From Octopus bimaculoides (Eukaryota), in the NCBI RefSeq assembly GCF_001194135.2, contig NC_068983.1, positions 101,442,346-101,506,345 of the forward strand: a DNA stretch of 64,000 nucleotides, given 5' to 3'. The notes under the pieces are model-generated. The model did not search any database. It had not been told where the DNA came from and saw nothing but the letters and a program-made list of their open reading frames with translations. A program made the translations under genes and the position numbers. Shown here piece by piece: positions 1 through 12,889 of the stretch. Within the stretch, counting starts at the first letter, position 1. Each line of letters begins with the position of its first letter.

Positions 1-65
1 GGTATAGGAAAGTGGGTTATCCATCATTAGATGTATACCTGACTTTCCTATATAAAATTAAAGAA

Positions 66-439
66 TATAACGGAACGCTGAACTCCAGACTATCAACTTA
101 AACAACATTTATTCAGGTGGTAAATATACACATCTTTAGCTCTTGTTTGTTGTTACAGCTTCTGTGTGTGTGAGCATAGTTGTTGGGACGTTGTTATGTA
201 GATGTAAGCGAGCTGTCGAGCGTAAGTCCGAAAGATGGAGAGTGACAGCTAAACACGTCCATGCTCTATTGCTGGCCAGCAAGAAAGAGACTGTCTCCAG
301 GTTGGAATGTTGGAGACACTGCTTGACACGTCCATGCTCATGGCCGGCCGACCGAGAAAGAGATAGAATAGAAGCGGGAACGCTTGGTTGTTTAATTCCA
401 CGCATGCGTGAGACTACGCATGCGCACAGCGTTACTACA
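66..439 (-). mobile_element. Putative solo LTR
   Basis: Minus strand starts TGTAGTAACG and ends CGTTATA (near-inverted termini). AATAAA lies near the 3' end, internal direct repeat ACACGTCCATGCTC occurs twice, CpG-rich. TSD only 3/5 (aagaa/aggga). Confidence 0.4.
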
Positions 440-1416
440 AGGGAAACGATGTTACAAATCAATAGACACAGTCACTTCGCTTAAACCAAGTTGTAAGTTA
501 TTAAACTAAATTTCTGAACAATATACGAAAAAATTCCTAATTCCTTATAGTTTGTAATGCATCGGAAATCGAAATCTCTACATTACAACAGAGTGGAGTT
601 TTTTGTTTTTTTTTATTGATAAAATACCCATGCATTACCGGATGTCTCCATTAATATAGATATATAAGCACATAAATATATAATGGATTTATTGTCTTAT
701 TGGGTGTTAACGATTTCATCGCGACATCTCAATATAATTGTATATGTTATGTCGATAATGTTTTGGCTGAGTTACTTAACCACAGGAGTAATTGAGACAT
801 TAAAGGATCAATCAAGACCACAACCACTCTATATAAAGTAAAACAACAGGATATCATATCTCAGAAAGAAAATCATTATCTCAAGGACGTGGCTGACAAA
901 ATAACGCCGTCGTTCTTGCATAGCTTCCATCTCATTAAATATACATGCTCAGCTTCGCTGTTGTATATTGTAAACAATTTGAAATAATTATGAATAAATA
1001 CCTGCTCCGATTACGATAAATGTCCATCTGATTAATTGTATTTATGGTTGTCATGGAAATCTTCAGACATGGCAACTATAATAAATACAAGACGATGACA
1101 ACCACAAATGCAACCACCATACATACAAGATCATAACCATATATACAAGACAATGGCAGATGTCTTTTGACCGTCACATGGTCGCTCGGTGTGCTAGAAA
1201 TAGTAGCCAAATTACCCTCAAATCATACCCTACTGTCTTACAGGTAATATAGTCCAACAAACTCCTAAAAAAGATGTAATGGCCATGGCTAGAATAGAAA
1301 GGTCTGCTCGATTAGGTTTGATCATAGCAGCACCAACGAGAACAACAGTTCTTCAAATATGTATTGTTAAAAAATCGTGACTTTAATGAGATTAATGATG
1401 AAATTTTTAAATGACC

Positions 1417-1417
1417 A

Positions 1418-1493
<76 letters not shown>

Positions 1494-1498
1494 GCGCA
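1417..1498. repeat. (CT)n(CA)n compound microsatellite
   Basis: Directly visible. Confidence 0.95.
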
Positions 1499-1574
1499 CA
1501 TGAAAGTTTTGTCCGATTTAAAAATCTATTTAACAGAACAAACAAGGTATTTAATACTATAAATTTAATCAACT

Positions 1575-2040
1575 ACATAATTTATTTTACACTCGAACAC
1601 GTCTCTCTATCTATTTGTTAGCTTTTTAATGCCTGGATTGAAAAATTCCTTGAGTTTCGAATTAAAATATATATTTAATTCTTTTCCTATTTCTTCCCAG
1701 CAGGCCACTACTTTTCTTGTCTAAATAGTTTTGCCAAGATCTAAAATTAGTGGAAATATTTTGGAACAATTTCTGGAGAATATGAAGGCCGTTGTACTTT
1801 TTCTCATCCAATTGATCCCAGAACATTTTTAGTGGCTTGTGCAGTGTGAGAAACTTATCCGACAATGTTTCGTTGAGAAGGTCTAATAAGATCGAAACAC
1901 GTTTGGAGTTTTCCTCATAATTACCAAAGATCAAGCATAATTTCCAATGCATGAGTCTATTCAATTTCTTATTTATTCCCATTGTGGAGTTGTCTCCCAT
2001 GTCTTTCTTGACAATAAGTATCATTAATGCTAACAACTTG
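1575..2040 (-). mobile_element. Degenerate mariner transposase C-terminal remnant
   Basis: Frame-shifted pieces HTAQATKNVLGSIG*EKVQRPSYSPEIVP, FRSWQNYLDKK and KEFFNPGIKKLTNR resemble mariner HTA...HPPYSPDLAP...FRSLQN.L...F...GI.KL..RW. Confidence 0.7.
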
Positions 2041-3212
2041 TTTTTTCATTACTAGTGAATTTTAATCGATTAAAAATATTTCAGACTCATTACATATTGT
2101 CACTAACTTAGCTACAAATACGTGTAATTAAGTGTGTGGTGGGGTTCTTCTACTGGTTTTTGCATATTATTACAAAATTAATTTGCAAAAACCAACATAA
2201 AACTATAAGAAAATTATCATCTTTAGTTCTGAAATTGAAAACTTCTATCAATTTATGCGACATTGCACTTTTTTCCCCTTTTTACTGTATATTCGACCTA
2301 TTAGAAATAACCAACAAAATCTTCGAACCATACTCTAACCATCTTTAAAAAAATATAAGAAAAAAAAGTAGTAAAAAACCTGCACGCATCAGGTAGTGTA
2401 TCTGAAGTTAGCTACTCCTAAAATAAAGATTTTTATGTTTTTAATAAGTCTTTTCGTTCAGACCCTACTTGAGCCTAAACAACAAAACTGTTCAAAATAC
2501 TACAAAGAAGACATCAACTAATTCAATGTACTACCTAGTATCTGTGGTATGATAATTACAAAATAATATGCAAAATACTTACGTGTCAAACTACGCGTTA
2601 ATCTATTAAACGAGAAATGTCTATTTATCGTTATATTTATTTAGGTTACAAAATAAGAATTTATTATTAAAATAGCTGTATTTTCTTTTTAATTTTGACC
2701 TATTTAACAACTGGTTTCCTACTTTAGATTATTTATGAGACAAAATAATGTATTCTGTTTTCACAATATGTAATCGTATGAGAATATTGTAAAATGCATT
2801 ATATTATATTCTTTAGATTGAAGTCTTGAGAATGGTGACTCGGTAAAGCAGCAATTAGTTAACATCAAGGCATATCGATTACTGTTACTACTAATCGTTA
2901 CAGCATTGACTAACTAAATATGTCTTGTCTCATTGATTTTGATTTCTAACATTGAAGGCAAGATGGTTTGAGAGGCAGGATAGGGAGTCATTACGTGAAT
3001 TATATCTTAATTTATTGCTTCCCACCCCCACCCCACCCCTGAAGGATGAAAGGCAAAGTTGGCTTCGGTGGATTTGAACTTAGAAACCAAAGGGCTGTAA
3101 TTAAATACAGCAGAGTATGTTGTTCTAAAGCAGTGTTTCCCAACCTAGAGAAATGTATGCCCCGCTGGTGGTATGAAAAGAACTTTGTTTTTAACATTTT
3201 ATCACATTAAGG

Positions 3213-3420
3213 TGACAAGCTGGCAGAAACGTTAGCACGCCGGGCGAAATACTTAGTGGTATTTCGTTTGCCTTTACGTTCTGAGTTCAAATTCCGCCGA
3301 GGTCGACTTTGTTTTTCATNNNNNNNNNNNNNNNNNNNNNNNNNNNNNNNNNNNNNNNNNNNNNNNNNNNNNNNNNNNNNNNNNCCCCAAATTTCGGGCT
3401 TTGTGCCTAGAGTAGAAAAG
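3213..3420 (+). mobile_element. tRNA-headed SINE (family B: GCTGGCAGAAACGTTAGC...GTTCAAATTCCGCC), spans an N gap
   Basis: A box and B box; same family at ~9125-9280, 27335-27545, 41740-41945 and 55135-55345. Confidence 0.8.
3320..3384. other. Assembly gap (65 N)
   Basis: N run. Confidence 1.
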
Positions 3421-4109
3421 AATATTTTATCACAATTATTTAATACAAAAAAAAAATCTACCGGTAACTCTTTTAGTAAGTACTGAGTACAAGAAAAAGT
3501 ACATTATTGACTAAGAAAATAGTGTATGACTTTAATGAAAACCTTACGCCTGGCAACTCTAACACAACGCCCCATCACAATTTTCCCAGGCCCCACCGGT
3601 GGGGCGTATGTCCCACGTTGGGAATCACTGTTCTAAAGTTCCTATCAACCTTCTGTGCAGTTTGGTTGAAGCGAGAGGTAAAACAATGTCCTGCTGTAAA
3701 TAGTTGTCACACCAGTACACTTTGCTACTTTTGTAAGCGTAAATGGACTGTGCAATTTGATCAGCATTTAGTTCATTTGCTCGATAATATTAGCTATTGT
3801 AAATGTAGTTACTGTTGCGTTGATCATGAGAATATTGGTACTGTTGGCGGTAGTGATGAGAGTGTTCTAGAATTCTTGCGCTAGAATTTTAGAACATGTT
3901 TAGTTTCCCATCATGCCGTTTTAAACCACTCATTGAACTAATATGCTAATAAGAAAGCGATGAATGTCACCCCCCCTCTCTCTCTCTCATTTCATTTGTA
4001 CTAATCTTGGTTTAAAATTTTGGCTCAAGGCCAGCAATTTCGGAGAGAAAGAAAGTCGATGTAATCGACTCCTGTACTAAACCAGTAGAGGAGGCCAAGA
4101 TTCTCAAGG

Positions 4110-5060
4110 CCACAAGAACCAAAAGGGTGAACTATTGGGGGTATGGCATAGAAATGGCCATTCAAGCGATATAGAAGACCTCAATAGAATCGCGGGAGAA
4201 ATAGTTCTGCCTGAGGACGTAAGGCTGCGAGTGGTGGTGGAGGGTAGGCCGCCCATATGTTTCACGTGTAGAGAAAAAGGCCACATGAAGGCGAGGTGCA
4301 CCCAGAGAGAACAACAAATGGAACAGACTAAGAAGCAAGAGAGTGCAGACCAAGTGGTACAAGTCGAGGTAAAGGAGACAAGAACGGATGAAGAATTTAC
4401 GGTAGTAAAAAAAAAAAGAGAGAAGTGATAGAGTAAGCCCTCCGCCAGAGAGGCAAAAAAAGAAGAAACGGCAGAGAAAGAGGTTGTGAAGGAATTCAGA
4501 AGGAAGGAAGATAAAATGGTGGTTGACAAGAAAATCGAAAGCGAATTCGAAAAGGAGCTCGAGGAGGAGTTGCAGAAGGAGGAGACAGCAGCAAAGACAT
4601 TGATTGTACCAGTAGAGGAGGAGGATTCAGGAGAACAATTATACAAGGTTGAAATGGAGAGATTATTCAGAGTGCAGGAGGGAAGAGAAAAGGTACCAGT
4701 AGTGGAGCAGGAAAAGAGAAAGCAAGTAAGAAAGCTCCAATAATATCGATGGAATTTTGTGACATACGCGAAAAATAAGGATATAGAACGGAAAATAATG
4801 AAATTTAAGTCTATCATAAGGGTGAAACTGCCCACAGACGTGTATTCAGAGAATGTGAAGGCCATTGTGGTCGACAAGGAGAAATACAACAGGCTGAGAG
4901 ATATGTGCGGAGGAGGAATTGATCCGCCAGGAGTAGCGGTGGAATTCGATGAATTGCCACAAGGAGTAGAACTGAAAGATCTCGAAAGATCTCTTGTCGG
5001 CACACAATATACATTGCTTTACACGTGTAGACATTCTTTATACTTATATGTGTGGTGGGG
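4110..5060 (+). mobile_element. Non-LTR retroelement ORF1/Gag-like remnant with CCHC zinc knuckle
   Basis: ORF 4135..4428 contains VVVEGRPPICFTCREKGHMKARC (C-x2-C-x4-H-x4-C). E/K-rich in-strand pieces follow (4486-4743, 4759-5106), broken by stops. Confidence 0.7.
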
Positions 5061-7440
5061 AGTGGGTGGGGGGAGAAGACACTTCCATTCTCTACGTTAC
5101 TTCTAGTTTTGTACTGGAGGTGAAGGTCGGCATAGCTGGATTTTGAAAACGTTCATTCCCAACAAGTCTGTCTTATTGTTCACATATTGTGTCTGCTACT
5201 CCTCAATTTTATCATGATTTTTCTATATCACTCGCTATGCTGGCATCATGTAGGATCCAATGTTCCGATATATAACACAAATTGTATTGACTCATATGTG
5301 GTACTGCAACAAAACAACAACATTTCTTGGATGTTTTCTGTTTGGTTGACACTTTTCAATTTCTTCAATTTTTGTTCCAATTGATATTTGGTGTCTTGGT
5401 GTAATCATCGACATGAAATTCATTTTCGTCATAAATCAATAAATAAAGAGTTAATAGCTTTTAAAGTTTGCAAATTTGGGGTAATTTTAGTCATTCGAAC
5501 GCTACACACACAAAGGTGCCTACATCCATTGTAACAAGCCAAGCTGTTACCAAGCTGCACACCCACGTGGCCACTTCTCGCTTATTAAATGCTTAAAACA
5601 CATGAGGTATGAAGCGTTCGTGAGATGTGCTAAACATAATAGCTAAATAGGCCTTAAATCACGCACCAATTTTTAAATTATTTTTGGTTTTTGCATAATT
5701 AAAAATACCCATGTGTAGAATACAAATTCGCAAAAATTTTCTGAAAATTCCAAAATGTAAAAGTTACAATGGGTTATATGGCGTGCATTAAGTAGAATTC
5801 TGCCAATATTTCATTTGTTTACAGTTGACAACACGCGCAGTCACGCACAGAATGACAGCTTCCAAATCCTGTTTTCTGACTAGGTAAAATTTATCAAACT
5901 ATAAACCTCTGAAATTTCTTTTTAAAAAAAAGTTCTGGAAAAGGTGAATTAGCCCCTGAGATTCAGCGTGGAAAATTACATCGACACACCAAATTTTAAA
6001 ATTTTCGCTAAACTTTAATATTTCTACGGGTACAAACTGAAATGAACACACAATCAATCTTTCTCTATTGGCCTCTGTGGTGTTTTCGGTAGAAATATAT
6101 CGTTTCATTCGTCTCCATAAACAGTTTGCTGCTACTCACATTCAAGCTGCCAATTTGTTGAGGACAAGAGGCTCAGTTACTGTTCATATCATTCCCTGGA
6201 GAAATGGTACCAAACTACGCATGTGTATGCACCGTGACATCTGACATCCATTGCAATATCTTTTTTATGGGAAGTCGTATACACAAACAAACTTCGTGAA
6301 CCAGCTTTCGTACCGAATTGATTTTATCTCTCTACAAATATAGCAATACTATGTTTTACTATCTATACTCTTGGTACGCTTCATGAGACCACACTCCACA
6401 TTATTATATTGCTCACGCGTGAACAAATTTCTAATGAAGCGACGACGCGCACCAGCCGTGGCACGAACTAGATAACTTGTACAACTTCTCGGCAATAATC
6501 TGAGAGGTTTCGATGATTTCATTGTAATCCACAATTGTACAAGGAGCAGGTACATAAAACATGACCGAGATAGTCATGATCCGTTGGTATGACAAACAAA
6601 AGTGAAGGTATCAGTGTGTAACAAGTGGAAAATCTTTTTTGTTTTAGAACATAATTGTTACATTAATAAAGACGGTAACAATACAATCTAAGAAATATTT
6701 AAATGAAACAACGTATATGACACGTGCCAGAACCCTTTGTTAGAAATTCAACATTTAGGCTAATTTTTACGCATTAAATACATATTCACGGTGCCATGGC
6801 GTCTCTTCTTTGATCGTTCCAGGTTGAATATGTAACGATAAAAACGGCTATGAGGGGAGAATGAACGCCAACAGGAAAAAGGATTGCTAAGATTTGGGCG
6901 CTTAATTAGGTTGTAATTATAGGCTGTGTTCACGGAAGGTCTAGACAAGTCACCGAACTATCACCTGAACAACAGCTGTTCATTGGATAACAATTGGGTT
7001 TGCGCACATAATCGAAATATGATTTCTATGTGGTAAAACGTGGGATCGAATCTAATTGCTACAAATGTATTTGGAAAGATTTTAGCACGCAAAAATATGC
7101 ACACCAACGTGTGTATTTAAAAGTTCTTTGAAAGCATTCCAATAAGACTATCTTTTCAAAACGTTCTGTAACTTCGTCTTTTGAAAGACGGTTGGAACAC
7201 CTTTAAAGAATGACGTGACATTAGAAATACGTATATGCATCAATGCATGCGCATATCGGACATATTCTTTTTTAATCTAAAGTGAAAATAATGATTAGTT
7301 TTCGAAGTTCTGAACAATGTTTCGAAAACTATTTGTATAAGTTTCTGTTGTGAAATTCTACCGAAGACAAATAGAAGTCTTTCTTTATATTGTTATATGT
7401 AACATTTTTTGGGTTTTTTTTTTTTTTAGCCACAACTTCG

Positions 7441-8031
7441 GGATTTTTTCCTTTTGGCTGGCACATAGAAAAAATAATTTTTTGTAACTAAACACTTTCA
7501 AATTTTGTATACTGGTAGAATGTGTCATTTAAAACATCATTTACTCTTGACGTTTTTGAGAAAATTGTTTATTTTCGAAGTTATTTCATGTTAAAGTTGT
7601 CGTATTTGGGTAATTTCAACCAATCAATGATGTCTATTGAGGTGAAAACAATTACTGCTGTGGTTTGTCAACAACAACTTCCCACGGTGTATATTTCGTT
7701 TGTCACTGTTATTTATGACATCGTTTGTGCGTTTGTACTGGTTTTAGCTTTAGGGTTTTAGGGTTAGGGTTTTAGAGTTAGGGTGTTTTTCAGCTACTAT
7801 TTTCGGAAAGACATATTTACCCCTCTCTCCTCTAATTTCTTCATTTGATTGGTTGAAATTACCAAAATATGACAACTTTAACATGAAATAACTTCAAAAA
7901 TACACAATTTTCTCAAAAATGACAAGAGTAAATGATGATTTATGTGACACATTCTACCAATATACGAATTTTGAAAGTGTTTAGTTACAAAAAATTATTT
8001 TTTAAATGTGCCGGCCAAAGGGAAAAGATCC
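7441..8031. mobile_element. Fold-back/MITE-like element with ~190-bp inverted arms and internal TTAGGG-like repeats
   Basis: 7441-7630 is the reverse complement of ~7836-8031 (e.g. ...GGTAATTTCAACCAATCAA / TTGATTGGTTGAAATTACC...); core TTTAGGGTTTTAGGGTTAGGG at 7742-7783. Confidence 0.85.
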
Positions 8032-10802
8032 AAAATGTTGCTTTCAATAAAAAAGATCTTTTGGCTCAGTGCTTCTTTGTTATTTCTCTGCTTAACAAAT
8101 TGAAAACGAAGAAGAAAAAAACCCAGTTAACATATATGAAATTTGGAAAAGTTTCGAAAGTTTTCTTTTTCTTACACACAAGAATACACTTACTATATTT
8201 GCGAAAAAATATTTTCCGGCGGACCATAACCAAATTTCTCAAACTACACAAATCGATGGACTGACGAATTGAATGTACTGGGCCGCTATTTTTAGCATAT
8301 GTAAAAGACATGCTGGAATACTCGAATGTCTTCGAAAATTATTTGGTGTAATGTTTTATGTTTATAAAATATGTTATAAAATGGTAATTAAGCCAGCTGG
8401 TTTAACCTTAGTAGTCACAACGTATAAACAATACTTGTAATTATATGTATTTGCATTAATTGTCGGTTACAAAACTGCTTCCAGTAGCCTGAAATACTTA
8501 GTTATCTCTTTTACGTTCTGAGTTTAAATCTTGCTGGATTTGGGATTGCATTTCATCCCTCCTGGATTGATAAAATCAGATTCTAAGAAGTACTATTGAC
8601 GAATAAATCGTTATAGCGTTTAATTAAATGTCTGTGCTATTTAGTTACAGCCCTCTAAATTCTATGTTTAAATTCTGTCAAGATCAGCTTTGCCGGGATC
8701 GATAAGTTATGATACCAAAGTCAATATTTATTGCATTATTGAACAGACTGTTTATAAGTGAATCAGGTAAAGGGTACAAGATATGAACGAACTTGAATAT
8801 ATCTAATGGTAGATTAATTTCCCAGAAATACTTTCTGCACGGAGAGCATTTAATTAGGTGGTGACTAATATATTTAATGTAATCAACAAAATCAATGTGA
8901 GTAAATTAAAGCTGCAGCCGTAATAAGAAGAAAACCATTAGCATTAATGATAATTCTTGTCAAAAAAGACAACTTAAAAATTGAAATTGATTAGAAATTG
9001 AATGGATTTTCTTTTTATTGCGTGTATAATTTTAATTTAATAATTAGGATGGAACTTACTACAGTAATTATATTAATTGAATGTATCTAGCTACATGATT
9101 CTTCAGGCAAAATAATTTTATGCTATTTTTTTTGGCTCTTTATGTTCTGAGTTCTAATCTTGCCCTAGATCAACTTTGCCTTTCATCCCTCCGGAGTTAA
9201 TAAAATAAAATACCAGTTAAGTACTAGAACCGATTTAACCGACTATTCCCCTTGCCTAAATTCCGGGACTTGTGCTTTTGTTCAGAACAGATTAGACTCG
9301 ATTTTCACATAGTAAGTGTTGTATGTTCAGCAAAAAAATTCACTCATTCAGCAGTAAAATATGTCAATTGACAACTTCACTTAATTCATTGTAGCTGCTG
9401 TTGTGTAACTGCGGCCATTTGGTTGAATGATGAAATGAATGCAATGAACAGATCCATCATTCCAGATAAATCATGCGTCCTTAGCTGAAAGCTACACTGT
9501 GCACTCTAACATGAAGTGATTTTTTTTCTACGATTTAGTATGGAGAGAGGCTATCCTAAACTAATGCAGTTAATACAATCCCTGTTCAGTTTGAATATTT
9601 CCAAGTTAACATAAACGAAAAGATTTCCAGAAATTTGAGATTCTGCAGAGAAGGTTCCCATTAAATTGATTAATGTGGGACTTCTTCATGAAGTATCAGA
9701 TCATCCCATAAGTTCTGTCTGAATTTTGAATAAAGAAAACAAGTGATCAAATGTTATATTTAATTGAAATTTAATCATCAATGTACTTTCCCTGATTATC
9801 TATGACTTCCTTCCATCTATTTACAAGCTTTTTTATCCCATCAATGTAAAACTCTTTTGGTTTCAAAGCGAAGAACTCTGAAATGTCAATTTCGACCTCC
9901 TCCTAGCTTGCGAAAGTTATGTCCCCCAAATGATTCTGTAAACTACGAAACAAATGGTAGTCTGAAGGAGCAAAATTTCAAAATGATTACAGATCAACAT
10001 GAGATGAAGTGTTTTGCTCAAGAACACAACACACCACCCATTCTCAAAATTGAAACTATGATCTTCTGATCGTGAATACAGCACCCTAGCCATGAGCCAT
10101 GCATCCTCACATGATCATGATGATGACAACAACAACAATAAGTAGGATGACGACAAAAATGACAATGATGATTAAGAGTGAGATTTTATTCTATCATTGC
10201 ACAATGTTTCATGTAGTGGATTTTTTTTTTTTATAATAAAACCCTTAGTTATATCAGAAACCAGTAATGTAAAACTCAGAATAATGACAGTGAGAAATCT
10301 CAGTATTAATTGCTGTTTTTATATTATACAATTGTGTGTCATCATGATAGTCTTAATGTCTACTTTCCCATGCTTTACTTCTCTATCTCATACTATTTAC
10401 TTATTTATTATTTCAGATTATCAGATGACATCAGCATTTAAATAATTCTTTTCTTCATCAGTATTTATTGTCTTTTTAAATACTATGTTAATCCTATTTA
10501 TATAAATCTATGGATGGATTACCATGAAACATTTCCTATGAACTGAAATGAATAGCAACACTTCTCAACTTCACTGTCTGATATCTGAAGAAGATAGTTT
10601 TGCATTCTAGTTAAACATGTACAAATCTACCTAGAAGACATAACTGGTTTTGATTCAAGCAATTTCATTTGTAGAAATGTATAGTTAAAAGGTTTTTTTC
10701 CTCATTACAAACAAGGTTCTATCATAATAAGCCATCTTGAAATAATTATCTCTGAAAAATGATTAAATCCTAATAAATTCTCTTGTATATTACTGTTTGC
10801 AG

Positions 10803-11535
10803 TATCTTTAAATACTGAAGAAGATCACTGATAATGGGTATGTTAATGATGAATTATTTATTAGGAATCAAATAGAAAACAAGAAAAATATGTACATCTA
10901 TATATTGTGGTGACAAAAGATAATGGGAAACTCTGCGAGAACCAAATTAAATATAAGCACATTTTAAGAGGATTGAATTTCATGATGAGATATTAAAATA
11001 GAGACTACTCTAAAAAAAGCCTAAGTAGACACCAACAAATTCATAGAGGAGAGAAACCATATCATCATGATATCTGTGGTAAGTCATTTTCTTAAAGTAA
11101 CATCTTCACAAATTCCATAGACATTCATACTGGAGAGAGGTTGCATCACATTGATATCTGTAGTGAACCATTCTCTGTAGAATGTAGCTTAACTAACCAC
11201 TTAGGTATGCACACAGGAAAAAGGCCAATGTCATTGTGATATCTGGTAAATCATTCTCTATAGATAATCACTTAAATCACAAACAGTTTCATGCAGGAGA
11301 GAAGCCACATCTTTTTGATATCTGTGGTAAAACATTCACTCCAAGTTATTTGATTTTTCACAAATGTATTCAGACAGATAAACTATATCTCTGTGATATC
11401 TATGGTAAATAATTTTTCCAAACAGATGAGTTAAGTTCTTACATATTCATATAGAAGATAAATCATTTCACTGTGATATCTAAGGTAAATCATTTTTTGA
11501 AAAAGGTAGCTTAACTCAACAAAAACTCGTATAGA
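10803..11535 (+). pseudogene. C2H2 zinc-finger array pseudogene (~6-7 decayed fingers)
   Basis: Repeated 28-aa units, e.g. [81 protein letters not shown]. Stops, frameshifts and lost Cys/His. Candidate acceptor TTACTGTTTGCAG ends at 10802. Confidence 0.88.
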
Positions 11536-11658
11536 AAAGAAGCTGTGCTAAACCATTTTCATACAATGTGACAAGTACTTTTTCATACAGAAGAGTGTGT
11601 CTGTTTGATATGTTTTGCTTGAAAGAAATACTTTATTTAACAAGATGTATGATGTGTT

Positions 11659-11765
11659 CATAAAGGAGAGAAGATACAAATCATAAAGGAGAGAAGATAC
11701 AAATCATAAAGGAGAGAAGATACAATAAAGGAGAGAAAATACAATATAAAGGAGAAAAGATACAC
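11659..11765 (+). repeat. 23-bp minisatellite CATAAAGGAGAGAAGATACAAAT (about 5 units)
   Basis: Units start at 11659, 11682 and 11705, then two shorter variants. Confidence 0.92.
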
Positions 11766-12437
11766 AAGAGAGATGATAACATCTCAATACTGTTCTAAAT
11801 AACTGCAAATATATCTACAGTGGAGAGATTAACTGATCAGCAATGACACTTTTAATCAAAGCATTTGTTCAGAATATTCATATATATTTCATTTTAGAAA
11901 TTTCTTGAGAGCAGAAAAGATACTACTATTGATTTATTTATTTGGTATTGTGGGCAGATGGCTGAGAAAAGTATTCGTTCTAAATCAGAGATTACATTGC
12001 TGTATATTTATTCTGCTTTAAATAAAATACACAAATCATAACAGAAAATATTTCATCACACCATAATGTGATATATGTATAATATCTTGTATATGTATTC
12101 TAAATTTTGTATGTATTCTTTCATATATCTTATGTTTATTCTAGCATGAAATGTAATATATATCTCCTATTATGAAAAGGATTGGGTTGTTGGAAAGATC
12201 TATATAATTTGTCATTTCATTTATAACATGAATCAATCATATGATGGTTAAGCTGTATGTAAAATTGCATGTATTGATATAATCTTCAATTTTTATTTGT
12301 ACAAGATAGAAAGGTCTACAATAAAGCATATCTTCATATTGTCTTGATCTATGCCATTTCAACAGCGAAGTCCAGAACTCTGAGATCTAACCTCACCACT
12401 CCTTGGTTTACATGTGAATATTTTCAATAAAAACGTG

Positions 12438-12439
<2 letters not shown>

Positions 12440-12471
<32 letters not shown>

Positions 12472-12630
12472 GTCATCGTCATCGTCATCGTCGTTGTTAA
12501 ATGTCTGTCTTCCGTGCATGCATGGGTAGGACTGTTGACAGGAGCTGACCAGGTAGAAGACGACCCCAGGCTACTGTGTCTGTTTTGGTAGGATTTTTAC
12601 AGCTGGATGCCCTTCCTAACAACAACCACT
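12440..12630 (-). mobile_element. SINE family A 3' part with (GAT)n tail
   Basis: GGAAGGGCATCCAGCTGT motif on the minus strand; (CAT/CGT)n tract at 12440-12495. Confidence 0.75.
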
Positions 12631-12889
12631 TATATGAATTTTTTTTTTGAATATTATTTCATCTTCATCATCATCTTCATCATTTTAATGTCCACTTTCC
12701 CAAGCTTGCTTGAGTCGGATAGAGTTTATCGAGGCAGATTTTCTACACCTTGATATCTTTCTTGTCAACAAACTCAAGTGTTTCTAAGTGAAGTAATATT
12801 TTCCCCATGGCCAAACATGTTCTTGCAAAATATTGGAAAGGAATGACACTGCTTGTATGACAGTGACTGTTGTTTTATGACAATCATGT

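Larger units (their letters stand above)
3131..3630. mobile_element. hAT (Charlie-like) MITE with a nested SINE
   Basis: TIRs CAGTGTTTCCCAAC / GTTGGGAATCACTG; perfect 8-bp TSD TTCTAAAG at 3123-3130 and 3631-3638. Confidence 0.9.

Noticed and set aside
1312-1572. ORFs with CV/HT repeats (also 15694-15984, 48967-49440)
   Set aside because: Translations of (CA)n/(TG)n microsatellites.
2577-2620. Possible first exon of a leftward gene (GTAAGT donor on minus at ~2582)
   Set aside because: A lone donor-like hexamer with no acceptor or coding support.
4104-5003. 299-aa minus-strand ORF (longest in the window)
   Set aside because: Ser/Phe/Leu-rich antisense shadow of the purine-rich plus-strand ORF1 remnant; no domain signal.
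7742-7783. TTAGGG repeats as a chromosome end or fusion scar
   Set aside because: Only ~40 bp, degenerate, and enclosed by the inverted arms of an element.
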